This document shows positions 16,344 to 25,069 of a DNA stretch of 32,000 nt, piece after piece (the first letter of the stretch is position 1; each line of letters opens with the position of its first letter). The stretch lies in NCBI GenBank assembly GCA_003858585.1, contig RQZE01000002.1, positions 140,227 to 172,226 of the forward strand, read 5' to 3'. Source of the DNA: Erysipelotrichaceae bacterium OH741_COT-311. GTDB taxonomy: Bacteria > Bacillota_I > Bacilli_A > Erysipelotrichales > Erysipelotrichaceae. Under the pieces are notes generated by a model. It saw only the letters and a list, made by a program, of their open reading frames with translations, was not told where the DNA came from and ran no database searches. The translations under genes and the position numbers were made by a program.

Positions 16344-17498
16344 ATGAGAAACAATAATATGGTTGCAATGATTCTAGCTGGTGGTAGAGGAACGCGACTT
16401 TTTGATTTAACCAAAAAAGTTGCAAAACCAGCAGTACATTATGGTGGGAAGTATCGTATTATCGATTTTCCTTTAAGTAATTGTGCAAACTCTGATATCT
16501 CGGTTGTTGGTGTTTTAACACAGTATGAGTCTGTCTTGTTGAATTCTTATGTCGCAAGGGATCATCATTGGGGGCTTAACTCTAAAGATGGAGGGGTTTT
16601 TGTTTTGCCTCCACGTGAAAAGGATGAAACAGGCTTTGGGCTTTATCGAGGAACAGCCGATGCCATTGGGCAAAACTTAGACTTCTTAGATCAAGAGGAA
16701 GCGGAGTATGTCTTAATTCTTTCAGGAGATCACATCTATAAGATGAACTATGCCAAGATGTTAAATGATCATATTAAAAGTAAAGCGGACGCAACCATTG
16801 CGGTACTGGAAGTTCCACTAAAAGAAGCAAGTCGTTTTGGAATTATGAATTGTGATAAAAACGATTTAATCATTGAATTTGAAGAAAAACCCAAAAAGCC
16901 AAAAAGCAATTTAGCTAGTATGGGTATTTATATTTTTACATATAAGACATTGAAGAAATATTTGTTGGCAGATGAAAAAAATCCGGATTCTTCACATGAT
17001 TTTGGGAAGGATATTATACCAAACTACTTAAATGATAATCGTGTTTTAAAGGCGCATCGTTTTGTTGGATATTGGAAAGATGTTGGTACGATAGATAGTT
17101 TATGGGAAGCCAATATGGATTTATTAAATAATCAAAATGAATTGAATTTATTTGATCCTAGTTGGAAAATCTATACAGAAGATACAAATACAGCGCCACA
17201 GTTTATTGGTGAGCATGCCAAAATTAAACGTGCTTATATTACACAAGGTTGTATTGTAGATGGTCTTGTACAAGATTCCGTTTTATTTACAGATGTAAAA
17301 GTTGGAGAAGATGCAAAGGTGGTTGATACGGTTGTGATGAATGGTGCCATCATTGGAAAAGGTGCTAAAGTTACAAGATGTATTGTTGCTGAAAACGTAA
17401 AAATTCCAGATCACATGGTGATAGGGGATGCCAATAGTGAAAACATAGAACTCGTAACAAAAAATACAGTGAGTAAGGTAGGTGTGAAAGATGTGTAA
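16344..17498 (+). CDS. glgC: Glucose-1-phosphate adenylyltransferase, catalytic subunit
   Basis: [47 protein letters not shown] and [13 protein letters not shown] motifs, plus a C-terminal left-handed beta-helix region. 384 aa. Confidence 0.92.
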   Translation: MRNNNMVAMILAGGRGTRLFDLTKKVAKPAVHYGGKYRIIDFPLSNCANSDISVVGVLTQYESVLLNSYVARDHHWGLNSKDGGVFVLPPREKDETGFGLYRGTADAIGQNLDFLDQEEAEYVLILSGDHIYKMNYAKMLNDHIKSKADATIAVLEVPLKEASRFGIMNCDKNDLIIEFEEKPKKPKSNLASMGIYIFTYKTLKKYLLADEKNPDSSHDFGKDIIPNYLNDNRVLKAHRFVGYWKDVGTIDSLWEANMDLLNNQNELNLFDPSWKIYTEDTNTAPQFIGEHAKIKRAYITQGCIVDGLVQDSVLFTDVKVGEDAKVVDTVVMNGAIIGKGAKVTRCIVAENVKIPDHMVIGDANSENIELVTKNTVSKVGVKDV

Positions 17499-18603
17499 TG
17501 CATTAGGGATTGTCAGTTTTGGTGATACAAATGTGGATGTTTTAGGGATGAGTAATTATCGTCCGGTAGCGGCAATTAACTTTTTAGGACGTTATCGTAT
17601 TATTGACTTCTTATTGAGTAATATGACCAATTCAGGAATTAGTAATATTCAAGTGTATATTAAAAATAAGCCTCGTTCTTTGATTGATCATGTAAAAGAA
17701 AGTAACTTTAATATTAACTCAAAACGCGGTAAGATTCATGTTCTATATGGAGAAAGTCAAATCACACAAGAGATCTATAATCATGATATTAGTTCTTACA
17801 TGTCAAATATGGAGTTTATTGAGCGTAGCAATAAACCATATGTGATTGTTGCGCCAAGTCATATGGTGTATCGTATTGATTTTAATGATGTATTAAATAA
17901 ACACATTGAAACGGGAAATGATATTACTTTAATTTATACATCAACAGACCATGCCAAAGAAGAATTCTTTATGGCTGATATTGTAAACATTGATTCTGGT
18001 AATCGTGTTACAAGTTTTGTTAAGAATCGCGGGAAATATAAATCACGTAATATTTCTTTGGAGTGCTATGTCATGAGTAAGCGTTTATTTATTGAAATGG
18101 TAAATAAAGCTGCTAATACATCAAGTTTATACTGGTTTAAAGACATCATTGCTGAAAGTTGTGATGATTTAGATATTCGTGGTTATCAACATAAGGGATA
18201 TGTTGCTTGTATTAATTCTTTACCTGCTTACTATCGAGCTAGTATGGAATTAAGACAGTATCAGTATGCCAAAGATTTATTTAAACAAGATTGGCCAATT
18301 CATACAAAGACAAATGATTCGTGTCCGACTTTATATGATAATGGTGCTAGTGTTTCTAATAGTATTGTAGCTAATGGTTGTCAAATTGAGGGTACGGTTA
18401 TCAATAGTGTAATTGGACGTAACGTTATTATTAAAAAAGGGGCTATTGTTGAAAACTGTGTTATTTTACCAAATGCTTATATTGGTGAAGATACAAAAAT
18501 TAATACATGTGTCGTTGATCGTGAAGCGATTGTTCATCACGTTAAGAAATTACAGGGTACCCTTGAAAGTCCTATTTATGTAAAACGAAGAGATCGAATT
18601 TAG
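17491..18603 (+). CDS. glgD: Glucose-1-phosphate adenylyltransferase, GlgD subunit
   Basis: Paralogous to GlgC ([19 protein letters not shown]) but lacks the GGxGxRL motif, as is typical of Firmicute GlgD. It overlaps the end of glgC by 8 nt. Confidence 0.85.
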   Translation: MCNALGIVSFGDTNVDVLGMSNYRPVAAINFLGRYRIIDFLLSNMTNSGISNIQVYIKNKPRSLIDHVKESNFNINSKRGKIHVLYGESQITQEIYNHDISSYMSNMEFIERSNKPYVIVAPSHMVYRIDFNDVLNKHIETGNDITLIYTSTDHAKEEFFMADIVNIDSGNRVTSFVKNRGKYKSRNISLECYVMSKRLFIEMVNKAANTSSLYWFKDIIAESCDDLDIRGYQHKGYVACINSLPAYYRASMELRQYQYAKDLFKQDWPIHTKTNDSCPTLYDNGASVSNSIVANGCQIEGTVINSVIGRNVIIKKGAIVENCVILPNAYIGEDTKINTCVVDREAIVHHVKKLQGTLESPIYVKRRDRI

Positions 18604-18612
18604 GAGGTCATT

Positions 18613-20058
18613 ATGAAATCTATTTTATTTGTTGCCAGTGAAGGGTTGCCGTTTATTAAAAGTGGTGGTTTAGCAGATGTGATTGGTAGTTTGCCTTATT
18701 CTTTAAAACAAAAGAATATGGATGTGCGCGTGGTATTGCCATTATATTTAAAGATTGCGTTGAATCATCGTGAAAGTTTTAAAAAAGTAAAGACGTTTCC
18801 CGTGTTAACTGGACAAATTAATACGGTTGCGACATTATATGAAAAAGATGTGCAAGGAGTGATTTATTACTTTATTGAACATCAAGGTTATTTTGAGCGT
18901 GAAGGGCTGTATGGTTACTATGATGATGGTGCACGATTTGCCTTCTTTCAAAAAGCGGTTTTAGAAATGTTAAGAGAACTACAATTCTATCCTGAAATTA
19001 TTCATAGTCATGATTGGCATACAGGGATGATACCGGCGATGTGCAAAATTCATTATGCCAATGATAAAAAGTATCAAAAAATAAAACATGTCTATACCAT
19101 TCATAACTTAGCGTATCAAGGAAATTTCCCGGTTAGTGTTTTAACGGATTGTTTAGGTATTAGTGATAGCTTTTATCATGATGGTAGTATGCGTTTTTAT
19201 CAAGGTATTAGTTTTATGAAGGCAGGTATCTTATTTGCGGATAAAATATCAACGGTTTCACCAACCTATTCACATGAAATACTAACAAAAGAATATGGCG
19301 AAAACATGGATGAAGTTTTAAGTTATCGTAAAGATGATTTATGGGGCATTACCAATGGTATTGATACCAAGTTATGGGATCCAAGTAAGGATAAACTTTT
19401 AAGTAAGAAATATAGTTTAAAATCTTATGCAAGTGGTAAAAAGGCGAATAAAAAAGCATTACAAGAAGAACTTGGGTTACGTGTAACACCGGATACGATG
19501 TTGGTTGGTATGGTTTCAAGACTAACAAATCAAAAAGGAATTCATTTAATCTTAGAGAAACTTGCGGATATTATGGGACTTGATTTACAATTCATTGTCT
19601 TGGGCAGTGGGGAAGGACATATTGAAGATGCTTTTAAACACATGGAATATAAGTATAAGCGTCGTGCGGTGTTCTATTGTGGTTATAACGAAGAATTAGC
19701 ACATCGTATCTATGCAGGTTGTGATGTCTTCTTGATGCCAAGTTTATTTGAGCCATGTGGAATTTCTCAATTGATTGCGATGCGATATGGAACATTGCCA
19801 TTAGTAAGAGAAACAGGTGGTTTAAAAGATACCGTAACACCATTTAATCAATATGATAATACGGGTACAGGTTTTAGCTTTGCCTCAAAAAGTAGTGATG
19901 ACTTATACTACACATTAAGATATGCATGTGATACGTATTATTTAAATTCCATCGGATTTAATGCTATGATTGAAAATGCGATGAAGGAAGATGTCAGTTT
20001 TGAAAAGTCATGTAAGTTATATTTAGAAATGTATAACATGGTTTTAACTAAAAAATAA
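18613..20058 (+). CDS. glgA: Glycogen synthase (ADP-glucose type, GT5)
   Basis: N-terminal ILFVASEGLPFIKSGGLADV (KxGGL motif), HSHDWHTG, and C-terminal FLMPSLFEPCGISQL. 481 aa. AGGAGG SD. Confidence 0.92.
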   Translation: MKSILFVASEGLPFIKSGGLADVIGSLPYSLKQKNMDVRVVLPLYLKIALNHRESFKKVKTFPVLTGQINTVATLYEKDVQGVIYYFIEHQGYFEREGLYGYYDDGARFAFFQKAVLEMLRELQFYPEIIHSHDWHTGMIPAMCKIHYANDKKYQKIKHVYTIHNLAYQGNFPVSVLTDCLGISDSFYHDGSMRFYQGISFMKAGILFADKISTVSPTYSHEILTKEYGENMDEVLSYRKDDLWGITNGIDTKLWDPSKDKLLSKKYSLKSYASGKKANKKALQEELGLRVTPDTMLVGMVSRLTNQKGIHLILEKLADIMGLDLQFIVLGSGEGHIEDAFKHMEYKYKRRAVFYCGYNEELAHRIYAGCDVFLMPSLFEPCGISQLIAMRYGTLPLVRETGGLKDTVTPFNQYDNTGTGFSFASKSSDDLYYTLRYACDTYYLNSIGFNAMIENAMKEDVSFEKSCKLYLEMYNMVLTKK

Positions 20059-20063
20059 AGGAT

Positions 20064-20096
20064 AAACTCTAATTGTAAAAGATTAGAGTTTTTTTA
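20064..20096 (+). terminator. Intrinsic terminator after glgA
   Basis: AACTCTAAT-tgtaaaag-ATTAGAGTT hairpin followed by TTTTTTT. Confidence 0.75.
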
Positions 20097-20105
20097 TGAA
20101 AGCGC

Positions 20106-20134
20106 TTGGAAAACGTTTTCTTTAATGGTATAAT
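20106..20134 (+). promoter_or_regulatory. Sigma-A type promoter of the surface pullulanase gene
   Basis: TTGGAA (20106-20111), a 17-nt spacer, then TGgTATAAT (extended -10; TATAAT at 20129-20134). It lies 27 nt upstream of the ATG, and an AGGAGG SD follows. Confidence 0.6.
20109..20120. promoter_or_regulatory. Perfect 12-bp CG-centred palindrome GAAAACGTTTTC, a LacI-family/CcpA (cre-like) operator candidate
   Basis: Read directly from the sequence. It overlaps the -35 hexamer and the spacer. The 14-mer GGAAAACGTTTTCT (20108-20121) matches 12 of 14 positions of the cre pattern TGNAANCGNWNNCA, missing only the two terminal bases. Confidence 0.5.
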
Positions 20135-20160
20135 AGCGCCAGAGAGTTATAGGAGGTTAT

Positions 20161-23100
20161 ATGAAGACGATAACAAAGAAATTTGTAAACTTATTGTTAG
20201 CGCTTACGTTAGTTTGGGTTACGGCACTTCAAAACTATCGTGCAGCAGAAGAACGTATCGTTACTATTTTGTTGCAAGATGCTCCTCAACAGGATTGGAA
20301 GATTCATGGTTGGGATCAAGCTGCAAATCAAAACAAATACGATGCTCAATTTGTAAAAGAAGGGAGTGTATATAAGGCAACGCTTCAAGTTCCTAGTGAT
20401 GTTGGGAATTTAGGCTTTGTTATTTATCATGGTGATTGGCAAAAAGATATACAAGAAGATCGTTATGTTGCCTTGCAGGATACACATACCAATATTATTG
20501 TGAATCATGGTGTTAAGGATACTAATGTAACGTATTACAATCAAAATTATGAACGTTTGGTTCAGTTGCAAGGTGACATGTTAGGCTTAAATTATCATGC
20601 TTTAACCGTGCAACAGAAAGAAAAATATAACAAGTGGTTAAATGCAATACAAGAGCTTAGAGCAAACTATAATAACGATAAAGCTTTAGCTTTGTTGAAT
20701 GAAATAAAATTAGATGAATTACAACCAATTACGCAAAGTGTAATTAAGGTTCACTATAAAGCAAGTCAAGAACATGCTCATGCTCACTTTAAAATGTGGG
20801 TTTGGTATGATGGAGAAGGTGGACGAGATGTAGAATTCGATGGGCAAGATGCTTGGGGTAAAGTCGCAACCATTACAGTAGATCATAAAGTTCTGAATAG
20901 TTTTCATTTAAAATTAAAATCAGATAATGGAACAAGTAATCCATGGGCAATCCAAAGTGAAGGTAACATTGATGTTTCTTTAGTAGATGGAAAAGCTGAA
21001 ATTTGGATTGAAGGATTACAGGCAAGTTATAAAACACAAGAACCATTATCAAAAATCAAAGTACATTTTAAAGCACCTGTTAATGATACAGAAGGTTGGA
21101 ATATGTATACTTGGGGAACGGTAAATGGAGAACAAAGTTTCGAGTTTAATGATGAGGATAGTTTTGGCAAGGTTGGTTATCTTCCTCTTGTTGATGGAGT
21201 TGAAACTTATAATTTAATTGTTCGTCAAGAAAAAGATGGAAATCTTTGGCATAAGCAATCGAAGAATTTAAAGATTAATATCAAACAAGGTTTGGAAGTT
21301 TGGTTAGAAGATTATCAAGGTGAGTTGACGTATGAGTATGGTTCAGCACCTATAATCGTTAAGGATGTTGAATTAAAAGTAAATTATTTACGTTATGATA
21401 ATGCCTATGAAGGTTGGAATATCTGGTCATGGTTGCCTTCAAAAGATGGTCGTAGTTTTGCGTTTAATAATCAACATCAAGCAATCGTTACACATCATGA
21501 TGATAGAGGAATTTCATCGGTTGGGCTTATTGTACGTCATAGTACAAGTGCTAATGAATGGAATGGTAAGAATACACCGGATGATTTGCTTGTTACCGGG
21601 TTTGATGCATCCGGTAAAAAAGAAATTTGGATTATACAAAATGATGCTACTATTTATAATAGCGAGGCTGAAATACCTAAAAAGATTGTACATGCATTTT
21701 TAAGTAATCCGAATGAACTTACTTTAACTGTTACAAAAGCATTGACGCAAGAAGAAGTAAATCAATTTACGGTACGAGGATATACCGTTGTAAATAAGAC
21801 ATATGATGCAAATAAAGTAGTTTTAGAGCTTAATCAAGCTATTCTTTTAACAAATGATGTGATTATTAGTCATCCTGTATATGGACAATATGTATTACCT
21901 TTATTAAATAATCATTTACATTCAAAAGAGTTTAATGAAACATATTATTATGATGGCACTCTAGGTGCTATTTATACCAAAGATAAGACGACATTTAAAC
22001 TATGGGCACCAACAGCAAGTTCTGTCAAATTGATAGACTATACAAATCACAAAGAGCTTCCGATGAAATATAGTGATAAAGGGGTATGGCAATATGAATA
22101 TGATGGAAATCATGACGAATTAAACTATCGTTATCGTCTAACGTTTGCAGATGGCAGTGTAAATGAAACGGTAGATCCTTATGCAAGAGCGGTAAGTGTC
22201 AATGGTGGATTTTCTGTAGTTGTAGATAGTAAGGCTATTCTTCCGGATAACTGGGATCATAAGCGTATGGAACCATTTACAGATGAAACCGATGCGATTA
22301 TATATGAGGCACATATTCGTGATTTAACGATTGATGCAGATAATGGAATTGTGAATAAAGGAAAATTCTTAGGTTTAACTGAAAAGAATACTAAGACACA
22401 AAATGGTCACTTAAGTGGTTTAAGTTATTTAAAAAGTTTAGGTGTCACACACATTCAATTTTTACCGATGTATGATTTTGCAACAGTAGATGAAGCTGGA
22501 GATTTAAGTTTCAACGCACAATATAACTGGGGCTATGATCCTCAAAACTTTAATGTTCCGGAAGGTTCCTATTCAAGTGATCCTACAAATCCAAAAGCTC
22601 GTATTAAAGAAATGAAGCAAATGATTGAAGCAATCCACGAAGAAGGAATGTATGTCATAATGGATGTAGTGTTCAATCATGTATATAATGTCGAAAATTC
22701 ACCACTTCATAAGACAGTACCGGGTTATTATTTTAGATACGATGAAAATGGAAACTTATATAATGGTACCGGTGTGGGAAATGAAACGGCAAGTGAGCAA
22801 TTGATGTATCGCAAATACATGATTGATTCTTTGGTGTATTTTGCAACAGAATATGATATTGATGGCTTCCGTTTTGACTTAATGGGAATTCATGATGTGG
22901 AAACAATGCAAGAAATCCGTAAAGCATTGGATAAAATAGATCCTTCTATTATTATTTTAGGAGAAGGATGGGATATGGGAAATCATCCTAGTGGTAGTAA
23001 AGGAGCAAATCAATACAATGCTGCTGAGTTGGATGGAATTGCATTCTTTAATGATAAGTTTAGAGATGCCGTTAAGGGTGATAACTTTAATGGTGTAAAT

Positions 23101-24591
23101 CCCGGTTATATCAATGGTGAAAATCAAGCTGAAAATGCATGGAATATTTTAAATAGTTTAAAATCACAACATGTTGTAAGTTACATTAATCCTCAACAAA
23201 ACGTGTTATACAATGAAGCTCATGATAACTATACAATGTATGATAAGCTTGTATTATCAAATCCAGGTGATAGTGATGAAGTGCGTATGAAGCGCCATAC
23301 ACATGCTACAGCGTTGCAATTACTAGGGAATGGTATGGTATTCATTCATGCTGGACAAGAAACATTGAGAAGCAAAGCAGGGGATCATAACTCATATAAA
23401 TCAAGTGATACGATTAATCATTTTGACTATGATCGTGCCGGACAATATCCAAAGGCATTGCAATACTTTAAGGATTTAATTAAACTTAGAGCAATGGAAC
23501 CAATGTTTGGTATGAAGTCATTTGAGGAAATTAATCAACATATGCAACATATTCAAGTGAATGAAAATATCGTAAGTTATAAATTATTTGATGATAAACA
23601 TACGTATATTGTAATTTCCAATGCAAACAGCTTTGATGTTGATCTTCCGGTTCCTTTAGCTACATATGAAATTATCTCAAAAGATTTAGAAGTATATTTT
23701 GATCATTATGATCTTGTAAAAAATACAAAGCAATTAAAGGGCTATGCAAATGGAATTACAATTTATCGTGCAAGAGACATTAAAGAAATTGATACACTAG
23801 AAGCATTAATACAACAAAGCGAACAGTTATTAAAAGAAACAAAATATACAGAAGTAAGTATCAATGCATTAAAACAATATGTTACGTATGTGAAAGGACA
23901 TCGTGATGAAATTGATTATGTCCAAGAAAAAGTTATAGAAGCAATTGCTAAGTTAAGACAACTTATTCAAGGATTGAAAATCAAAGGAAACGCTCCTGTA
24001 ATTAAGGTGGAAGAAGATATTGAAGAAGTTGTAACTATAGTACCGAAGTCTCTGAAACCAATTTTTAGAAAGGTATTGAATGTTTCCAATAAAGAGGTAG
24101 ATAAAGTATCGGCACCTACAAGTAGTGTAGTGGTACTTTATGGAGAATTTGGTAGTAAATTAAGTGTTCAGCTTGAAGAAGACAAAAAAGCACTACTCTT
24201 AGAAACCATACAAGAAAAAACAGAATACACAGTTACCTTCCGATTGAGTATCAAAGATAAAGATAATAAGCCGGTTGAAGTTAACAAGGTGGTAGAGGTA
24301 ACATTACCGATTGAAAAGAATAGCTTTCAGTTATTCAATGCAGATGGTGAAGAAATTACGGAATATAAAGTAGAAGGTAATTATGTAATTTTTAAAACAG
24401 ATAAATTTGATGAAATCAAGATTAACTATAGCAAAGATCAAGATGAAGTGGATTCAAGTGTACAAGTAAAGGATTCAAACCCTGTTTTAAAAAATGAAAA
24501 GAAATCAAATTCGTTTTTAATTTTAGTGCCGACGCTTGGTGGTGTAGGAGTACTATTATTGTTATTTGTTTTGCTGAAAAGAAAAAAATAA
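20161..24591 (+). CDS. pulA: Cell-surface multidomain pullulanase (GH13) with four N-terminal CBM41-like modules, CBM48, a FIVAR-like segment and a C-terminal membrane/wall anchor
   Basis: Signal peptide MKTITKKFVNLLLALTLVWVTALQ. Four repeats follow the pattern (I/L)KVH(Y/F)K...GW(N)xxxW...FGK...IV(R)...W.KD...EIWI. Catalytic motifs YNWGYDPQNF, MDVVFNHV, DGFRFDLMG, LGEGWD and YNEAHDN. FIVAR-like LEALIQQSEQLLKETKYTEVSINALKQY. C-terminus VPTLGGVGVLLLLFVLLKRKK. Confidence 0.9.
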   Translation: MKTITKKFVNLLLALTLVWVTALQNYRAAEERIVTILLQDAPQQDWKIHGWDQAANQNKYDAQFVKEGSVYKATLQVPSDVGNLGFVIYHGDWQKDIQEDRYVALQDTHTNIIVNHGVKDTNVTYYNQNYERLVQLQGDMLGLNYHALTVQQKEKYNKWLNAIQELRANYNNDKALALLNEIKLDELQPITQSVIKVHYKASQEHAHAHFKMWVWYDGEGGRDVEFDGQDAWGKVATITVDHKVLNSFHLKLKSDNGTSNPWAIQSEGNIDVSLVDGKAEIWIEGLQASYKTQEPLSKIKVHFKAPVNDTEGWNMYTWGTVNGEQSFEFNDEDSFGKVGYLPLVDGVETYNLIVRQEKDGNLWHKQSKNLKINIKQGLEVWLEDYQGELTYEYGSAPIIVKDVELKVNYLRYDNAYEGWNIWSWLPSKDGRSFAFNNQHQAIVTHHDDRGISSVGLIVRHSTSANEWNGKNTPDDLLVTGFDASGKKEIWIIQNDATIYNSEAEIPKKIVHAFLSNPNELTLTVTKALTQEEVNQFTVRGYTVVNKTYDANKVVLELNQAILLTNDVIISHPVYGQYVLPLLNNHLHSKEFNETYYYDGTLGAIYTKDKTTFKLWAPTASSVKLIDYTNHKELPMKYSDKGVWQYEYDGNHDELNYRYRLTFADGSVNETVDPYARAVSVNGGFSVVVDSKAILPDNWDHKRMEPFTDETDAIIYEAHIRDLTIDADNGIVNKGKFLGLTEKNTKTQNGHLSGLSYLKSLGVTHIQFLPMYDFATVDEAGDLSFNAQYNWGYDPQNFNVPEGSYSSDPTNPKARIKEMKQMIEAIHEEGMYVIMDVVFNHVYNVENSPLHKTVPGYYFRYDENGNLYNGTGVGNETASEQLMYRKYMIDSLVYFATEYDIDGFRFDLMGIHDVETMQEIRKALDKIDPSIIILGEGWDMGNHPSGSKGANQYNAAELDGIAFFNDKFRDAVKGDNFNGVNPGYINGENQAENAWNILNSLKSQHVVSYINPQQNVLYNEAHDNYTMYDKLVLSNPGDSDEVRMKRHTHATALQLLGNGMVFIHAGQETLRSKAGDHNSYKSSDTINHFDYDRAGQYPKALQYFKDLIKLRAMEPMFGMKSFEEINQHMQHIQVNENIVSYKLFDDKHTYIVISNANSFDVDLPVPLATYEIISKDLEVYFDHYDLVKNTKQLKGYANGITIYRARDIKEIDTLEALIQQSEQLLKETKYTEVSINALKQYVTYVKGHRDEIDYVQEKVIEAIAKLRQLIQGLKIKGNAPVIKVEEDIEEVVTIVPKSLKPIFRKVLNVSNKEVDKVSAPTSSVVVLYGEFGSKLSVQLEEDKKALLLETIQEKTEYTVTFRLSIKDKDNKPVEVNKVVEVTLPIEKNSFQLFNADGEEITEYKVEGNYVIFKTDKFDEIKINYSKDQDEVDSSVQVKDSNPVLKNEKKSNSFLILVPTLGGVGVLLLLFVLLKRKK

Positions 24592-24595
24592 GAAG

Positions 24596-24626
24596 ATAAG
24601 ACTGTAAATTTACAGTCTTATTTTCT
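24596..24626 (+). terminator. Intrinsic terminator after the surface pullulanase gene
   Basis: Perfect 13-bp inverted repeat ATAAGACTGTAAA/TTTACAGTCTTAT, followed by TTTTCTTT. Confidence 0.75.
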
Positions 24627-24688
24627 TTACTAAAACTCATTTATGTCTTACTATTTAATAGTTAGATTACTATAACATTGGAGGATTT

Positions 24689-25060
24689 ATGAAAAGTGGC
24701 TTGATTAGAACTTTATTTTTAATTGGTGGGTTTATTTCCTTGGGGTTAGGTGTAATTGGTATTGCTTTACCGATTTTACCTACAACACCTTTTTTACTTT
24801 TAGCATCGTTTTGTTTTGCGAATGGATCAAAAAGATTTCATGACTGGTTTATTCAAACAAGACTATATCGTAATCACATTGATGATTTCGTGAAAACAAA
24901 TTCTATGACATTAAGGAAGAAATTAACGATATTAATCCCAGTGTCTTGCTTATTGATTTGGGCTTTTGTCATATCAGGAAATATCTATAGCAGAGTTACG
25001 ATTGCATTTTTATTTATCGCAAAGTATTATTATTTTTTCTTTAAAATTAAAACAGCGTAA
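24689..25060 (+). CDS. DUF454 (YbaN-like) small inner-membrane protein
   Basis: 123 aa. GVIGIALPILPTTPFLLLASFCFANGSKRFHDWF matches the YbaN/DUF454 N-terminal signature. Hydrophobic segments throughout. GGAGGA SD. Confidence 0.75.
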   Translation: MKSGLIRTLFLIGGFISLGLGVIGIALPILPTTPFLLLASFCFANGSKRFHDWFIQTRLYRNHIDDFVKTNSMTLRKKLTILIPVSCLLIWAFVISGNIYSRVTIAFLFIAKYYYFFFKIKTA

Positions 25061-25069
25061 GAGGGATAT

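Noticed and set aside
20106-20375. 89-aa plus-strand ORF starting upstream of the big pullulanase gene
   Set aside because: Its start lies within the predicted -35 element, and it runs out of frame across the SD and signal-peptide region of the 1476-aa gene. It is a frame artefact.
21395-21703. 102-aa alternative-frame ORF, plus several 60-70-aa antisense ORFs (20719-20907, 22733-22927, 24422-24640) inside or abutting the pullulanase gene
   Set aside because: They are embedded in a gene whose frame shows continuous family motifs. None has an SD or start context.
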